A DNA stretch of 64,000 bases, from positions 21,773 to 85,772 of IMG/VR virus record IMGVR_UViG_3300010883_000011, one strand, 5' to 3'. A program made the position numbers and the translations under genes. The notes beneath the pieces are model-generated. The model searched no databases and was not told where the DNA came from. It worked only from the letters and a program-made list of their open reading frames with translations. Positions within the stretch are counted from its first letter, which is position 1, and every line of letters begins with the position of its first letter. This document shows positions 1-10,387 of the stretch, piece after piece. Source of the DNA: a virus.

Positions 1-14
1 TAGGAGATGTTCTG

Positions 15-647
15 TTGAGGTCGGAGGGAGACTATTTGGGGCTCTCGGTCAGAATAGCTGATCGGCTCTCTACACTTCCTGGTGGCGGGTGGCACGAAAC
101 AGCCGAGATCACAACAAGCCAGGGTATTAGAGATCTTCTCAATCTCATCGCTGAAAGTAACGTGTTTAGCAGGCTCTCAGAAAATGATACAGTCGTCTTG
201 TGTGTTGGCGTCCACGACGCGAGAGGCAATATGCCCCAAGGTCCGTGGTTCAAAGCGTATGATCATCTCTTGGAGTCCACAATTCGTAGTGGGTGCGGCA
301 CCATCGTTGTATTGATTCCGCCAAACCAATCCAAACCACACGGCACTGCGGCATCGCGTAGATGGCTTCGGAGGGCCGCCGAGCATATCAAGACCAGCGC
401 AAACGGTGTCGTTGGTGTTCAGGTGGTAGATCCAAACACCAGCCAAGGATTTCTCCCCAACGTCTGGGTCAATGATTGTGAACTCACGTCGCAGGGATAT
501 GTTGATTTAGCAATCGAAGTTGTCGGTCATATTGCGGCTGACAACGTCAAAACGGACGTACCCGTGGTGGTTGCCTCTGTACCAGGACCCGCGCATGGTG
601 TTACCATTACCATGCCTGCTGACCGAAAAAGATGGAGGGGCGCATGA
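15..647 (+). CDS. Hypothetical protein, degenerate SGNH/GDSL-like fold; may be 5'-truncated by the window
   Basis: DTVVLCVGVHD and a C-terminal D-x-x-LTSQGY resemble SGNH blocks III and V, but the catalytic His is not evident. Confidence 0.35.
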   Translation: MRSEGDYLGLSVRIADRLSTLPGGGWHETAEITTSQGIRDLLNLIAESNVFSRLSENDTVVLCVGVHDARGNMPQGPWFKAYDHLLESTIRSGCGTIVVLIPPNQSKPHGTAASRRWLRRAAEHIKTSANGVVGVQVVDPNTSQGFLPNVWVNDCELTSQGYVDLAIEVVGHIAADNVKTDVPVVVASVPGPAHGVTITMPADRKRWRGA

Positions 648-1171
648 CCACAAGAATCGTAGTCACCGGGGGCGTTGACCGAACCTCACACCCCGGACAC
701 CCAGATCTGTTGAGGTGCGATGCTATCGTAGCTTTTGAATGTCTCGGTGAGGACACCAAGGGCTCGCACTACAACAACAACCCCATCTTCTATCCTGATG
801 ACGACCCAACCGTAGTGGTCGTAGCTGGTGTCTCGCTTGTCATGGGGCCAGATAAAAAGGAAACCGCAGACTTGGCTCTGGCGTCGCCGCATGGATCTCT
901 TGTTGTGGTTGTGACAGGCAAGAAAGCCATCAATGTGGCACGAGCACTCAAGGCGGAAAAGAAAAATCGGAATGTGGTTATCGAGGTGATTGGTGCCGAC
1001 GTTGTTTGCGAGGTGATGGGAAATGCGTCATCGGAAGTGCGTCGATACCCACTGTTTCACCAGGACGAGCCAATCGAAATCGCGGTTGAAGAACCAGAAG
1101 CCGAGCAACCGCCCGAACCGGAACCGCAACCTGCTGGCGACGAGCACCAAGAGGAGTCCCCTGAAGGATGA
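644..1171 (+). CDS. Hypothetical protein with acidic Pro/Glu tail
   Basis: GGAGG then ATG overlapping the previous stop; coupled to the next gene. Confidence 0.6.
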   Translation: MTTRIVVTGGVDRTSHPGHPDLLRCDAIVAFECLGEDTKGSHYNNNPIFYPDDDPTVVVVAGVSLVMGPDKKETADLALASPHGSLVVVVTGKKAINVARALKAEKKNRNVVIEVIGADVVCEVMGNASSEVRRYPLFHQDEPIEIAVEEPEAEQPPEPEPQPAGDEHQEESPEG

Positions 1172-1797
1172 ACTACGCGCTAGCTGGCAGGGCTTTCAAT
1201 GTCTACCGTCAAACAGCGTTTATCCTTGATTCTACCGCTGCAACGGCTTCTATCACCATCACACGCCAACCCAAGCGTGAGTGCGTTGTTCAGATCAAGA
1301 TCACAGGTGGTACGACCAACACGGGGACGGTTCTGCTCACTGGCACAGTGGGGGGCGCCACAGGCCAGACGGAGACGCTGACCTTTACTGGAGCCGGTAC
1401 CCAGCTTTCCACAAAGCGGTTTACAGCGATTAGCGCCGCCACTACCAGCGGGCTGGCAGACGAGGCAACGCCACCAACTATGACGATTGAGGCGGTTGGG
1501 ACCGGTGGTTCTCGTCAGAACGCAAGCTACTTATTTCGGTCTGGTGTCAAGGTAAGCATGAATCACGCTGGTACGCAGTGGGCCATTGGAGACATTCCTG
1601 GTTCCGCCGAGCGTGAGAAGGTTGGGTTCCTCATTCCATTCGACCCGTCTTGGACGACGCGAGAAGGAGATATTTTCATCGATGATTGGAACGCCGAACA
1701 GTATATGGTTGAGGGAGTATCGTTGATGCGCGGGCCAAAGTTTGGCTCACCCGTCTTTTATCAGGTTAGAGCAGTACGGAGAGATGGGTCAGTCTGA
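1168..1797 (+). CDS. Putative head-closure/head-tail joining protein with N-terminal beta-rich domain
   Basis: C-terminal 'REGDIFID...YMVEGV' pattern resembles SPP1 gp16-like stoppers; lies upstream of the neck and terminator genes. Confidence 0.5.
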   Translation: MNYALAGRAFNVYRQTAFILDSTAATASITITRQPKRECVVQIKITGGTTNTGTVLLTGTVGGATGQTETLTFTGAGTQLSTKRFTAISAATTSGLADEATPPTMTIEAVGTGGSRQNASYLFRSGVKVSMNHAGTQWAIGDIPGSAEREKVGFLIPFDPSWTTREGDIFIDDWNAEQYMVEGVSLMRGPKFGSPVFYQVRAVRRDGSV

Positions 1798-1820
1798 TAC
1801 ACTCTTTGTCGGAGGTTCAA

Positions 1821-2231
1821 ATGGGAAATCCACGCGCCGCAGGCGGCAGCAGACTTTACGTCAGGCACTATACTGGCTCGGGAACGAGCGTCGGCTCCTC
1901 GTATGCGGAGGTGGAAATCTCCGTACCAGACCGTGGCATGTTGAGGCGCATTCGCGCCGATGTGACTGCGGGAACCTCTATTAGTCAGGTATCGCTGGAA
2001 ATCCGCGAAACAACTGGAGCTACCGGAAACGGCGTTATCGCCCTCTATCCGCTTCAGAGTGAACCGCTTGACGATGATCTTTCTGTGGGTCCACTTTTTT
2101 ATCAACTGGCCGGTACCGGGAGTCTTCCCGATGAGACTACGTCTGGCACGTTGTTTGTCGCTGTCAAAGTCGACGACGCCACAGCAGACCATACTGTCGC
2201 TATCAGTCTCGACATTGAAGCGGTGGATTAG
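1821..2231 (+). CDS. Hypothetical virion protein (beta-rich)
   Basis: GGAGG SD before ATG 1821; structural module context. Confidence 0.55.
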   Translation: MGNPRAAGGSRLYVRHYTGSGTSVGSSYAEVEISVPDRGMLRRIRADVTAGTSISQVSLEIRETTGATGNGVIALYPLQSEPLDDDLSVGPLFYQLAGTGSLPDETTSGTLFVAVKVDDATADHTVAISLDIEAVD

Positions 2232-2239
2232 GAGGCAAC

Positions 2240-4282
2240 ATGGCGACCAGAACAACCCCGCCGAGGGCTCTTGCATCGGCCCAATGGAAAGAGCCAGTCG
2301 CCACGCAAGGTGCGTTGCCATCTAGCGGAAACACTGCCGGAGATATCCGAGAGGTGCTTGATGATGGCGACGGCAAACCGGCCATCTACCAGTGGGGCGG
2401 ATCATCCTGGCTGAAGATTGCCGACCCTGACGCGGCGGGAGGCAGCGGCACCGTCACCAGTGTGACTCTCTCGTCGGACAGCGGCTCGACATCGGCTATC
2501 ACAGCCTCTGGAACGTTCACGGTTGCTGGTGGAACCAACGTGTCCACCTCCGCTACTGGTACAACGGTCACAGTTACATCGACAGATCAATACGAAGGCA
2601 CCGTCACGAGCGTAACCCCAGCCGCAGACAGTGGGTCTGGTACGGCGATCACTTCAACCGGCACGCTTACAGCTACTGGTGGAACAGGAATCACCACTTC
2701 GGTGAGTGGCACGACAGTTACCATTGATGCAGACAACAATGGGACAGTCACCAGCGTCACACCAGGGGCGGATTCTGGAAGCGGTACTGCCATCACTGGC
2801 AGTGGGACCATCACTGTCGCTGGCACCTCCAATGAGGTAGACACGTCCGTATCCGGCACCACCGTGACGGTGGGCCTACCCGACGACGTGACCGTGGGCA
2901 ACACGCTCACGGTAGACACGGATGTCACAGACACAACAACCCACACGACCGCCGCTTCCCATATTGACTTTGACGCGACGGGCATCATCGCAACAGGTCA
3001 AACCGGAAACAACATCGGCCTAAACCTGGACCTCAACTCCGACTCACCCACAATGGTTGGAACGGTGAACAACACCGGGTTGGATATCGACTTGGTGGGC
3101 GGGGCTTCTGGTACTCAAACGAACACCGGAATCGATGTCAATGTCTCCGGCGCTGCCACGAACTACTCTGCCATTTTCATGGGCGGAAACGTGGGCATTG
3201 GAACGACGGAACCAACATATGCCCTTGAGGTCGCTGGTAATGTCGGGTTCGACGAGTATCTGTACCACAACGACGATCCCGACACGTTCATCCGACTACA
3301 GGCAAATGCGCTTGATATCAACTGCGGCAATGTAAAGCTAATCAGCTACTACGAGACGGGCAACGATGCTGTCCACGTCAACCCACAAAACGGGGATGTC
3401 AACTTCCAGGTTGATGCGAGTGGAGGAGTAGAGGCAGACTATGCGTTTTTTGTTGATGCCGGGCTAAATAAGGTTTCAATCGGTACTGGCACTCCAAAGA
3501 CCAAGTTGACGGTTGCGGGGGCGATTACTCTTGTAGAGCAAGCCGCTGCCGATGCAAGCGTTGAGACCTACGGCCAAATCTGGGTGAACACGGCTACGCC
3601 AAACGAACTCTACTTCACGACAGATGCTGGGGATGATATCCCGATTACATCTGGTACGGCTGTTGCTTCGGTGACGAGCCTTGACTTGGCATCTGATAGT
3701 GGAAGCACCAGCGCAATCACTACCAGCGGCACGCTCACGATTGCAGGCACCGCCAACGAGATCGAAACGAGCGCCACCGGAACAACTGTGACTGTTGGTC
3801 TTCCGTCCAACGTGGTTATCGCTGGCGACCTCAAGGTGAGCGGGAACGACATTGAGGACTCTGGCGACAACAACATCATTGGGTCGGACGGAAGCGGAAA
3901 CATTGATATCGCGGCGTCGACTAAAACCACATCCATTTCTGGTCCGACGATTCATGGAGAGGGAATTCGTCAGGCATTCACAGAGATTAGTGTGCTTGGG
4001 GCGACTGCGTTAGACACGACCAACACCTGGATCAACGCTAACGCTGCCAGCAATGCCGTCAACCTCACCCTTCCAAGTGCGGCTGGGGTTGGTCCTGGGT
4101 TCTTGTTGTTTATCCATGACTTCAACGGAACCGGGGCTACGAATAACATTGTGATCTCTCGCGCTGGCTCCGACACGATTGGCGGGGCCGTCAGCAAGAC
4201 CATCTCAATGGCTAACGGGCATCTGGAAGTCATTTCCAATGGCGTAAATGCGTGGGGCGTTATCAGCGAGCTACTGTCTTGA
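2240..4282 (+). CDS. Ser/Thr/Gly-rich fibre or whisker-like virion protein with internal repeats
   Basis: Repeated GTVTSV..DSGS..AIT..GT..V.GT...TS..GTTVTV units, a GNVGIGT motif and a C-terminal fibre-head-like domain. Confidence 0.7.
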   Translation: MATRTTPPRALASAQWKEPVATQGALPSSGNTAGDIREVLDDGDGKPAIYQWGGSSWLKIADPDAAGGSGTVTSVTLSSDSGSTSAITASGTFTVAGGTNVSTSATGTTVTVTSTDQYEGTVTSVTPAADSGSGTAITSTGTLTATGGTGITTSVSGTTVTIDADNNGTVTSVTPGADSGSGTAITGSGTITVAGTSNEVDTSVSGTTVTVGLPDDVTVGNTLTVDTDVTDTTTHTTAASHIDFDATGIIATGQTGNNIGLNLDLNSDSPTMVGTVNNTGLDIDLVGGASGTQTNTGIDVNVSGAATNYSAIFMGGNVGIGTTEPTYALEVAGNVGFDEYLYHNDDPDTFIRLQANALDINCGNVKLISYYETGNDAVHVNPQNGDVNFQVDASGGVEADYAFFVDAGLNKVSIGTGTPKTKLTVAGAITLVEQAAADASVETYGQIWVNTATPNELYFTTDAGDDIPITSGTAVASVTSLDLASDSGSTSAITTSGTLTIAGTANEIETSATGTTVTVGLPSNVVIAGDLKVSGNDIEDSGDNNIIGSDGSGNIDIAASTKTTSISGPTIHGEGIRQAFTEISVLGATALDTTNTWINANAASNAVNLTLPSAAGVGPGFLLFIHDFNGTGATNNIVISRAGSDTIGGAVSKTISMANGHLEVISNGVNAWGVISELLS

Positions 4283-4292
4283 TAGAATAGCT

Positions 4293-4313
4293 ACCCGCAT
4301 ACAATGTGCGGGT
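4293..4313 (+). terminator. Hairpin after the fibre gene (possible terminator)
   Basis: ACCCGCAT-acaat-GTGCGGGT stem followed by TATT. Confidence 0.35.
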
Positions 4314-4349
4314 TATTGAACCGGCAATATAGACGCCCAGGAGGTGCAA

Positions 4350-7300
4350 ATGCCAACCGAACCGATGCTGCCAGCCACCAATGAAATCACGCTCGACGAA
4401 GACAACCTTGTCTTGATCGTTGTTCCAACCGTCGCGGACCCAGATGTTCTGGTTCCAACTATTGTGAGCCTTGCGACTCGTCTGCCGTACTCCACACGGG
4501 TTGTGCTGGCTGTCAATTCGGATCGCCCCGAGCTTGCGAAGAAAGCAGTCGAACAGTGCCAGAATGTGAAGCTGCCTAACGGCGACCCAATGAACCTTGA
4601 TGTGTATTGGGATGATGGCCTTGTTGGATTCGGAAACGCGATCAACCACGGCATTATGCACGCCGCACAAACTGGTGGTCTGCCCCCGTACACCATCGTT
4701 TTCAACGATGACCTGCGTGTCACAGAGGGGTGGATGCAGGGGCTTATTGCGGCAGCGGAAGCCGACTACATTCACCTGTTGAGCGAGCCAGCCCAACCTA
4801 TACGGTCGACCATGAACATCGACACCGACGATGACGCGCTGGTTCACCCCCCACGGGACCGCAACCTCTATGGGAGGGTGGGCATGGTTGGTCCCGTGAC
4901 CGACTGTGCGGCTGGGGTGCAACAGGTCGTGCATGACCAGGGCTCGCGAAAGGCCATGATCTCATCTGTGGACGGCTACGAACAGTTTGCCGCCGGATGG
5001 AGAGCCGCCAACGAAGGGAAAATATTTTCGACTTCCTTCTTGTCTGGCTACTGCATGATGTTCACAAGGGACTGCCTTGTAGACTTGTTTCTCAAGGACG
5101 CCTCTGGAGAAAACTATACAGGCCCCTTCGATGGTGACCAGTACCCGGTAGCGGGATTTGAAGACAACGACATCTGCCTGCGTGCGGAGTTGTTGGGTTG
5201 GCGTCAGGCCGTGGCCTATGACACCTTCATCGGGCACCTTGGTCATCAGACCTTTGACCGGGCGTTCCCAGAAGAGTTGCGCGGAATGCGGAATCGATTG
5301 CAGTACCTTCGACGGTGGCGCGATTTCAACAACCACGAAGAACCCCTCAAGCTGGTCGGGATGTACCGAGCCCGCATCGGGAACGTCAACGATCTCCACG
5401 TTTTTCGACAGTCGGTATTGCGCCACTCATCTGTGTTGGATGGGTTCGCGGTGATGCTGACAAACAATCCTCTCGATATGCAAGACGGCAACGATTGGGA
5501 AATGTTGAAGCCGTCTTTGCGGCCCGAAGACCTTGAAATGCTGCAAGCGTGTAGCGAGGCTTCTCAACAAGAAGTCACGGCTGCTTTGCAGACATGGCTG
5601 ACCCGGCTTGTGGAACAGAACCCCGGCGGCTGTTGTGGAGACATTCAAGTCGACGCTTGGACCGGCTCATTCAATGAACGGGATGAACGAAACGCGGGTA
5701 TCGCCCTTGCGGAGTCCATGGACGCGGACTGGATTATCTCCATTGACACAGACGAGTTTTTGGAAGACCGCGTTACGCGCAGGTTGCTTGACAGGATCAT
5801 GCTCCATCCAGATCCTATGGTCGATAGCGTAGACGTTGGTTGGTTGAATCATTGGGACTCCACCCGCTCGGTACGCATTGACAGACCGTGGGGAGACGAC
5901 GGTACGCACACGGGCGGTATGCGTGGGCCCCGGCTGTGGCGGGTCTGCAAAGCTGCTCCCAAGCGCATCCAGGCTGGAAACTACCTCGGGCTCCACTGCG
6001 GCAACGCCCCGGAGTCAAACAACTTTTCTCGCGTGATTAGCGGAATTCGATTCCGGCACTTTGGGTACACAAGGGACATGGATCGGGCGACAAAATATGC
6101 CCGCTACATGCAAATCGATCCGACGCCGGATCTGAACATGGTCGGACCTAACGGCTACACGCACATTGTCGACGACGAAGGGATGCGTCTACGCCCATAC
6201 GTTTCATCGAACGGAATCGGTTTCTTCATGTTGTGCCACGCTGGGGAAGACATCGGGCAACTCATGAACTGGCTACACCAGACATACGCGCTCGTTGACC
6301 GTCAGATGCTCGTATGGACCGATGCGTGGAACGACGACGACAAGTCCTGGACCGAGATGTCAGGGGCAAAGATCGAGGCGATCACAGAATGGCCCGCCAC
6401 CGGACCAAGCCAGGAGCTTGCAGAGTTCTGCGCGTACTATGGCGTTCAGTGGGTTCATAAAGAGCTTGACGATAACTTGGCCGAGGCACGCAACGCTGGT
6501 ATCGATGCCATGCGTGAACACCACAAGGAAGGTGTTGGTTGGGCGTGGTTTATGGACCCAGACGAATGGGTAAATTGGGGGGAAGCTGCTTACGCTATCC
6601 GCTCGATGGCGGAGATCTCGGATTCTTGGGGTTGGATGTTGAAGTTCCGAAACATCCACAACGACGGCGAAGACTTCAGCTATTCCGAACGTGTTTCTCT
6701 TTGTCGGCTCGACAAGGAGGGACGGATGAGAATGAATGGCAGGGTGCATGAGGGCTTTGACAAGTCGCTCGCTGCTATCCAAGAAAGCGGAATACACCCA
6801 CGTCTTCGGTATGCTCCATTTGAGTCGATCCATCTTGGGCTCAACAAGACGCCGGAACAGATCCAGAAGAAGCTGCAATACTACACTGGCTTACTTTTGA
6901 AGCAGCTTGAAGAAGACCCGCTGTCTCCAGGTAGCTGGACCTCACTCGGGCTTCAGCTTGTCAATGAGGGACAAGTCGAAAAGGCTATCGAGTGCTACGA
7001 GCGTGGAATCTTGTGCGCTGGTAACTCCTATCTGCCATACAAAGAACTCGGCCTTGTCTATCTACGATTGGCACGCCAACTGTTTGAACAAGTGCGCGAC
7101 CTCACTATCGAGGAACACAAATTTCATCAGTACGCAGTGGAGATCGTCGAGTCCGTTTCGCGCTTTGCCCCGGAACAAGCCATCATTGGTATGCCGCATC
7201 CAGATGGAGAAACCAATTCGTTTGAGCTACCGCATTTTCCGTTTGAGATGATGGTGCAAAACGAGGTTCTTGAGGTAGAGGCACCGGTTGTTGAGGTAGA

Positions 7301-7391
7301 ATGCACAAATGGCAAAACCACTCATGCAGATAACGGCAACGTCCATGCGGGCAACGGTAATCGCGTTCAAGAACCTCAAATACAAGGCTAA
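4350..7391 (+). CDS. Multidomain glycosyltransferase: three GT-A/GT2-like domains plus TPR
   Basis: Domain 1: FNDD, GMVGPVT, GFEDNDICLRA...HLGHQTF. Domain 2: ERN...WIISIDTDE, RHFGY. Domain 3: AEARN...FMDPDE, GRVHE, then TPR-like helices. Confidence 0.85.
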   Translation: MPTEPMLPATNEITLDEDNLVLIVVPTVADPDVLVPTIVSLATRLPYSTRVVLAVNSDRPELAKKAVEQCQNVKLPNGDPMNLDVYWDDGLVGFGNAINHGIMHAAQTGGLPPYTIVFNDDLRVTEGWMQGLIAAAEADYIHLLSEPAQPIRSTMNIDTDDDALVHPPRDRNLYGRVGMVGPVTDCAAGVQQVVHDQGSRKAMISSVDGYEQFAAGWRAANEGKIFSTSFLSGYCMMFTRDCLVDLFLKDASGENYTGPFDGDQYPVAGFEDNDICLRAELLGWRQAVAYDTFIGHLGHQTFDRAFPEELRGMRNRLQYLRRWRDFNNHEEPLKLVGMYRARIGNVNDLHVFRQSVLRHSSVLDGFAVMLTNNPLDMQDGNDWEMLKPSLRPEDLEMLQACSEASQQEVTAALQTWLTRLVEQNPGGCCGDIQVDAWTGSFNERDERNAGIALAESMDADWIISIDTDEFLEDRVTRRLLDRIMLHPDPMVDSVDVGWLNHWDSTRSVRIDRPWGDDGTHTGGMRGPRLWRVCKAAPKRIQAGNYLGLHCGNAPESNNFSRVISGIRFRHFGYTRDMDRATKYARYMQIDPTPDLNMVGPNGYTHIVDDEGMRLRPYVSSNGIGFFMLCHAGEDIGQLMNWLHQTYALVDRQMLVWTDAWNDDDKSWTEMSGAKIEAITEWPATGPSQELAEFCAYYGVQWVHKELDDNLAEARNAGIDAMREHHKEGVGWAWFMDPDEWVNWGEAAYAIRSMAEISDSWGWMLKFRNIHNDGEDFSYSERVSLCRLDKEGRMRMNGRVHEGFDKSLAAIQESGIHPRLRYAPFESIHLGLNKTPEQIQKKLQYYTGLLLKQLEEDPLSPGSWTSLGLQLVNEGQVEKAIECYERGILCAGNSYLPYKELGLVYLRLARQLFEQVRDLTIEEHKFHQYAVEIVESVSRFAPEQAIIGMPHPDGETNSFELPHFPFEMMVQNEVLEVEAPVVEVECTNGKTTHADNGNVHAGNGNRVQEPQIQG

Positions 7392-7845
7392 GGACATGGA
7401 GGCTATGGCCATGACCCAAGCGGGAGTCATCTACAAGACGCAGGTTATGATCAATGCGTCTGTGAAAGGCCCGAGCCTTGATCGCCTGCAAAGGATGGGG
7501 TACCCGTACAGCAAGCGGCGTCACCCAGGCGGGATCGATACCTCAACGCTCGGCGGAAAATACATCCGGCAACGCTACCTTGTGCATAAACGGAGCGGGA
7601 AGTTTGCCCGCTCAATCAAAGGAAAGCTGGAGCTTCACAAGGGGAGACAGAGCTACCTTGTCTATGCCAACAAAGGCACCGCAAAGCACATCAAGTTTGT
7701 GATCGAAGGAACCCGGATCATGCACGGTCGCAACATTATCTGGATGACTGGAAAAGAGAAAATGGTACAGCGTCGAATGAAGAAAGCAATCGTGAAAACA
7801 TTTGGGGCACAGTTGCGAGCCCAAGCGATGATTAGGATCGGATAG
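7309..7845 (+). CDS. Putative neck/tail-completion protein (HK97 gp10-like)
   Basis: Basic protein with RSGKFARSI and FVIEGTRIM; sits just before the tail terminator. Confidence 0.6.
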   Translation: MAKPLMQITATSMRATVIAFKNLKYKAKDMEAMAMTQAGVIYKTQVMINASVKGPSLDRLQRMGYPYSKRRHPGGIDTSTLGGKYIRQRYLVHKRSGKFARSIKGKLELHKGRQSYLVYANKGTAKHIKFVIEGTRIMHGRNIIWMTGKEKMVQRRMKKAIVKTFGAQLRAQAMIRIG

Positions 7846-7853
7846 GTATTTGA

Positions 7854-8279
7854 ATGGCTTTATCAGTAGCGAGTAGTACAGAAGATGTCATGCAAGTGCT
7901 TAGGCACGCGCTGGTCACAGATAGCACTATCGCTGCCGTGGTTGGCGACAACGTCTGGACCTCCCATGTCATGGATGCGGATGCTGCGTCAGTGCCGTTT
8001 CCCTGCATCGTAATGAGCGTGGAGGGTGGCAGCGGATTCTACAACGGGGTGCTGCAATTCGTCACCATCGATATCTACGCGTACTCCAAGATCAGCCAAG
8101 GCCAAGCAGCCTCTATCTATGACAAGATCTACAAGGTTCTCCAAGCAAATCGATTGGCTCTGGACAACGTAGACGCAAAGGGCGTGATCACCGAGAACGA
8201 GCGCCCAAGTGCCATGTATAACGACTCCCTCAAGGCTTGGGCTATGCGTGGTATTTGGGTAGCACTGACGGCGGGCTGA
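7854..8279 (+). CDS. Tail terminator protein (DUF3168/gp17-like)
   Basis: L..D..IAAVVG.NV, FPCIV and IDIY motifs; position before the tail tube gene. Confidence 0.7.
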   Translation: MALSVASSTEDVMQVLRHALVTDSTIAAVVGDNVWTSHVMDADAASVPFPCIVMSVEGGSGFYNGVLQFVTIDIYAYSKISQGQAASIYDKIYKVLQANRLALDNVDAKGVITENERPSAMYNDSLKAWAMRGIWVALTAG

Positions 8280-8284
8280 AGCGT

Positions 8285-8812
8285 ATGTCTACTTCCCACG
8301 CATGGGCTGTCATTCACAGCAGCAAAGACACCTCTTGGCGTACTCCTCGGGCACTTTTCGACGCACTGGATAACGAGTTTGGATTTCAACTCGACGCCGC
8401 AGCGGCGAGCGATAACCGCCTCTGCGCTTCCTATTTCGGACCAGACCACGTTCTCCCCGAACGTCGCGATGCTCTAGAATCGCCCTGGGACCGTGCTGTG
8501 GTCTATTGCAATCCACCTTATGGGCGTGGGGTTGGCAAGTGGGTTGAGCACGCCTGGAGGCAAAGCAGGGCTGGTGCAACGGTCGTTCTTCTGGTCATGT
8601 CCTGCACGGATACGGCTTGGTGGCACGACTTTGCTTGGAAGGCGGATGAAATCCGGTTAGTGCGTGGTAGGCTAAGGTTCACACGAAGCGATGGCACACC
8701 TGCTGCTGCTGCGCCAAAAGGCAGCGCAATCATCATCTTTAGATCTCATGTTCCAGGGGACGGATGGCCCGATGGTCCCCGCGTACGAAGCTGGCAAATG
8801 GAGGCCAAGTGA
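8285..8812 (+). CDS. Phage DNA N6-adenine methyltransferase (Dam-like)
   Basis: WRTP..LF..LD.EFGF.LDAAA, YCNPPY, TDTAWW and GRLRF motifs. Confidence 0.9.
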   Translation: MSTSHAWAVIHSSKDTSWRTPRALFDALDNEFGFQLDAAAASDNRLCASYFGPDHVLPERRDALESPWDRAVVYCNPPYGRGVGKWVEHAWRQSRAGATVVLLVMSCTDTAWWHDFAWKADEIRLVRGRLRFTRSDGTPAAAAPKGSAIIIFRSHVPGDGWPDGPRVRSWQMEAK

Positions 8813-9015
8813 AAACTCAAGCGACACACCCCAGACAGCGTTCCACCGCAGACCCGGTAACCAATGTGCGTTGCATGGAGTGTTCCAAGGTTTGCGCCGT
8901 GGTTCCAACTGGTTATCGGATTGCAATGAGCAAGGATAAGGCGCTTAGTCGAATCGTGGGCGTATGCGAATGCGGTACGAAGTTTTCCTTTCCGACAACC
9001 GAAGAGAGTGAATAG
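8809..9015 (+). CDS. Small zinc-finger protein
   Basis: CMEC...CECG; GTG start overlaps the previous stop. Confidence 0.55.
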   Translation: MKTQATHPRQRSTADPVTNVRCMECSKVCAVVPTGYRIAMSKDKALSRIVGVCECGTKFSFPTTEESE

Positions 9016-9413
9016 TGCCCGCGCCGAAGGGAGAAGAACGCATTGGGAAGCTGGAAAGGCATCTGGCGATGCAAGAGCATGAGCTACAGACGCTAGCCGC
9101 TCTTGTTTCAATCGCCATCAACAACAACAGCGAACCAGACGAGCAGGACGACAGTAAACGCGGCAACGTAAATCCAGACCATATCTGGTCTTGCAAGAAG
9201 TGTGGGTCGCGGTTGGGGTTCTACGATCCGAATGAAGATATGCTCCGCGTGAGGTACAAGGACTTCGTCGCGTACATTCGTTTGGGAGAGGGAGGCATGT
9301 TCAAAGTCTTATGCCGCTCATGCTCCGAAATGAATGAGGTAAATTGGATCAACGAGATTCCCAAGGAAGCAACCACAAACGGGACACCCGATCCAAATCT
9401 ACAGCGAAGGTAG
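9015..9413 (+). CDS. Zinc-ribbon protein
   Basis: CKKC...CRSC pairs, N-terminal coiled segment. Confidence 0.6.
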   Translation: MPAPKGEERIGKLERHLAMQEHELQTLAALVSIAINNNSEPDEQDDSKRGNVNPDHIWSCKKCGSRLGFYDPNEDMLRVRYKDFVAYIRLGEGGMFKVLCRSCSEMNEVNWINEIPKEATTNGTPDPNLQRR

Positions 9414-9506
9414 ACTGGAGGGATGCACTGTGATAGGTTTTTGAAAGACGCCTTTTAGGTGCGACCCGCTCCATAAATCCAATGATCTCAAGCGAGGCGC
9501 AGCACT

Positions 9507-10061
9507 ATGCCACTTAATATTCCCTCCGGCTCTACTTCCAAAATCAGCTTCGGTCCTGGCGTTGTCAAGATGGGAAGTGCGGGCGCGACTCCCGGAATCG
9601 ATGTCGGCTACCTGTCTGAAGACGGTGTGTCCGTAGAAGTCACCAATGAGAAGAAGGATATTCTCCAGGGAAATCCAAAGCTCGTTGAATACACCTTCTC
9701 CCAGACCCAGGGAGCGACCCTTTCGTTCACGAGTATCGCATGGGACTTCACCAACTTCTGGTGGGCGCTCGGAGCAGGTGTCACCAGCATCAGCGGTACC
9801 AACCACAACATCTCCTATGGCGGTGATCCGCTTGTCAAGACGGTTGCGATTCATTTGCAGCACCAAATGGCTGTGAGTGGCAACACCATCAACGTCTATG
9901 TCTGGCAGGCTGTCAGCGACGGAGGGCTCACGTTCCCGTTTGGCTCGGACGAGCATTCGTTTGAAATGACGTTCAAGGCGCAGCGGGCTGCTACCGATTG
10001 GGCGAGTGCGTCGTTGGCATACAACAAGCAGCTTATTTATATCGAACGTGACATGAGCTAA
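9507..10061 (+). CDS. Major tail tube protein
   Basis: ISFGPG, DVGYLSEDGV and a beta-rich ~184 aa sequence; upstream of chaperone and tape measure. Confidence 0.8.
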   Translation: MPLNIPSGSTSKISFGPGVVKMGSAGATPGIDVGYLSEDGVSVEVTNEKKDILQGNPKLVEYTFSQTQGATLSFTSIAWDFTNFWWALGAGVTSISGTNHNISYGGDPLVKTVAIHLQHQMAVSGNTINVYVWQAVSDGGLTFPFGSDEHSFEMTFKAQRAATDWASASLAYNKQLIYIERDMS

Positions 10062-10074
10062 GCCGGGGGCGCGT

Positions 10075-10299
10075 GTGATATGCCCCTTCTGCGGGGCTCA
10101 CACTATCGTCACAGATTCCAGAACTCCACAGTGGCCCGGCAACGCAGCGACGCTTGTTGAAAGTGTATCTGAGGCTGCGGAAGAGTTAGCAGGCGAAAAC
10201 GCGCCAACACGGATTCGGAGACGAAAGTGTAGGTCTGGACACACATTCGTGACTGTCGAAGTTTCACTTCCGACTTTGATGGGATTGATACAAAAGTAA
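10075..10299 (+). CDS. NrdR-like N-terminal zinc-ribbon protein lacking the ATP-cone
   Basis: CPFCG...TDSR...IRRRKC..GH.F.T.E. Confidence 0.65.
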   Translation: MICPFCGAHTIVTDSRTPQWPGNAATLVESVSEAAEELAGENAPTRIRRRKCRSGHTFVTVEVSLPTLMGLIQK

Positions 10300-10387
10300 A
10301 CGCTTTCTACATAGACGGCGTTGCTGGCTTTTCCTGTTGCGTTACTGTGGTAGTGTCAAACCTGCCACCCGATGCCCAGGAGGTACC

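Noticed and set aside
9414-9506. tRNA or known riboswitch in the tail tube leader
   Set aside because: Some pairing potential but no cloverleaf, T-loop or recognisable aptamer consensus
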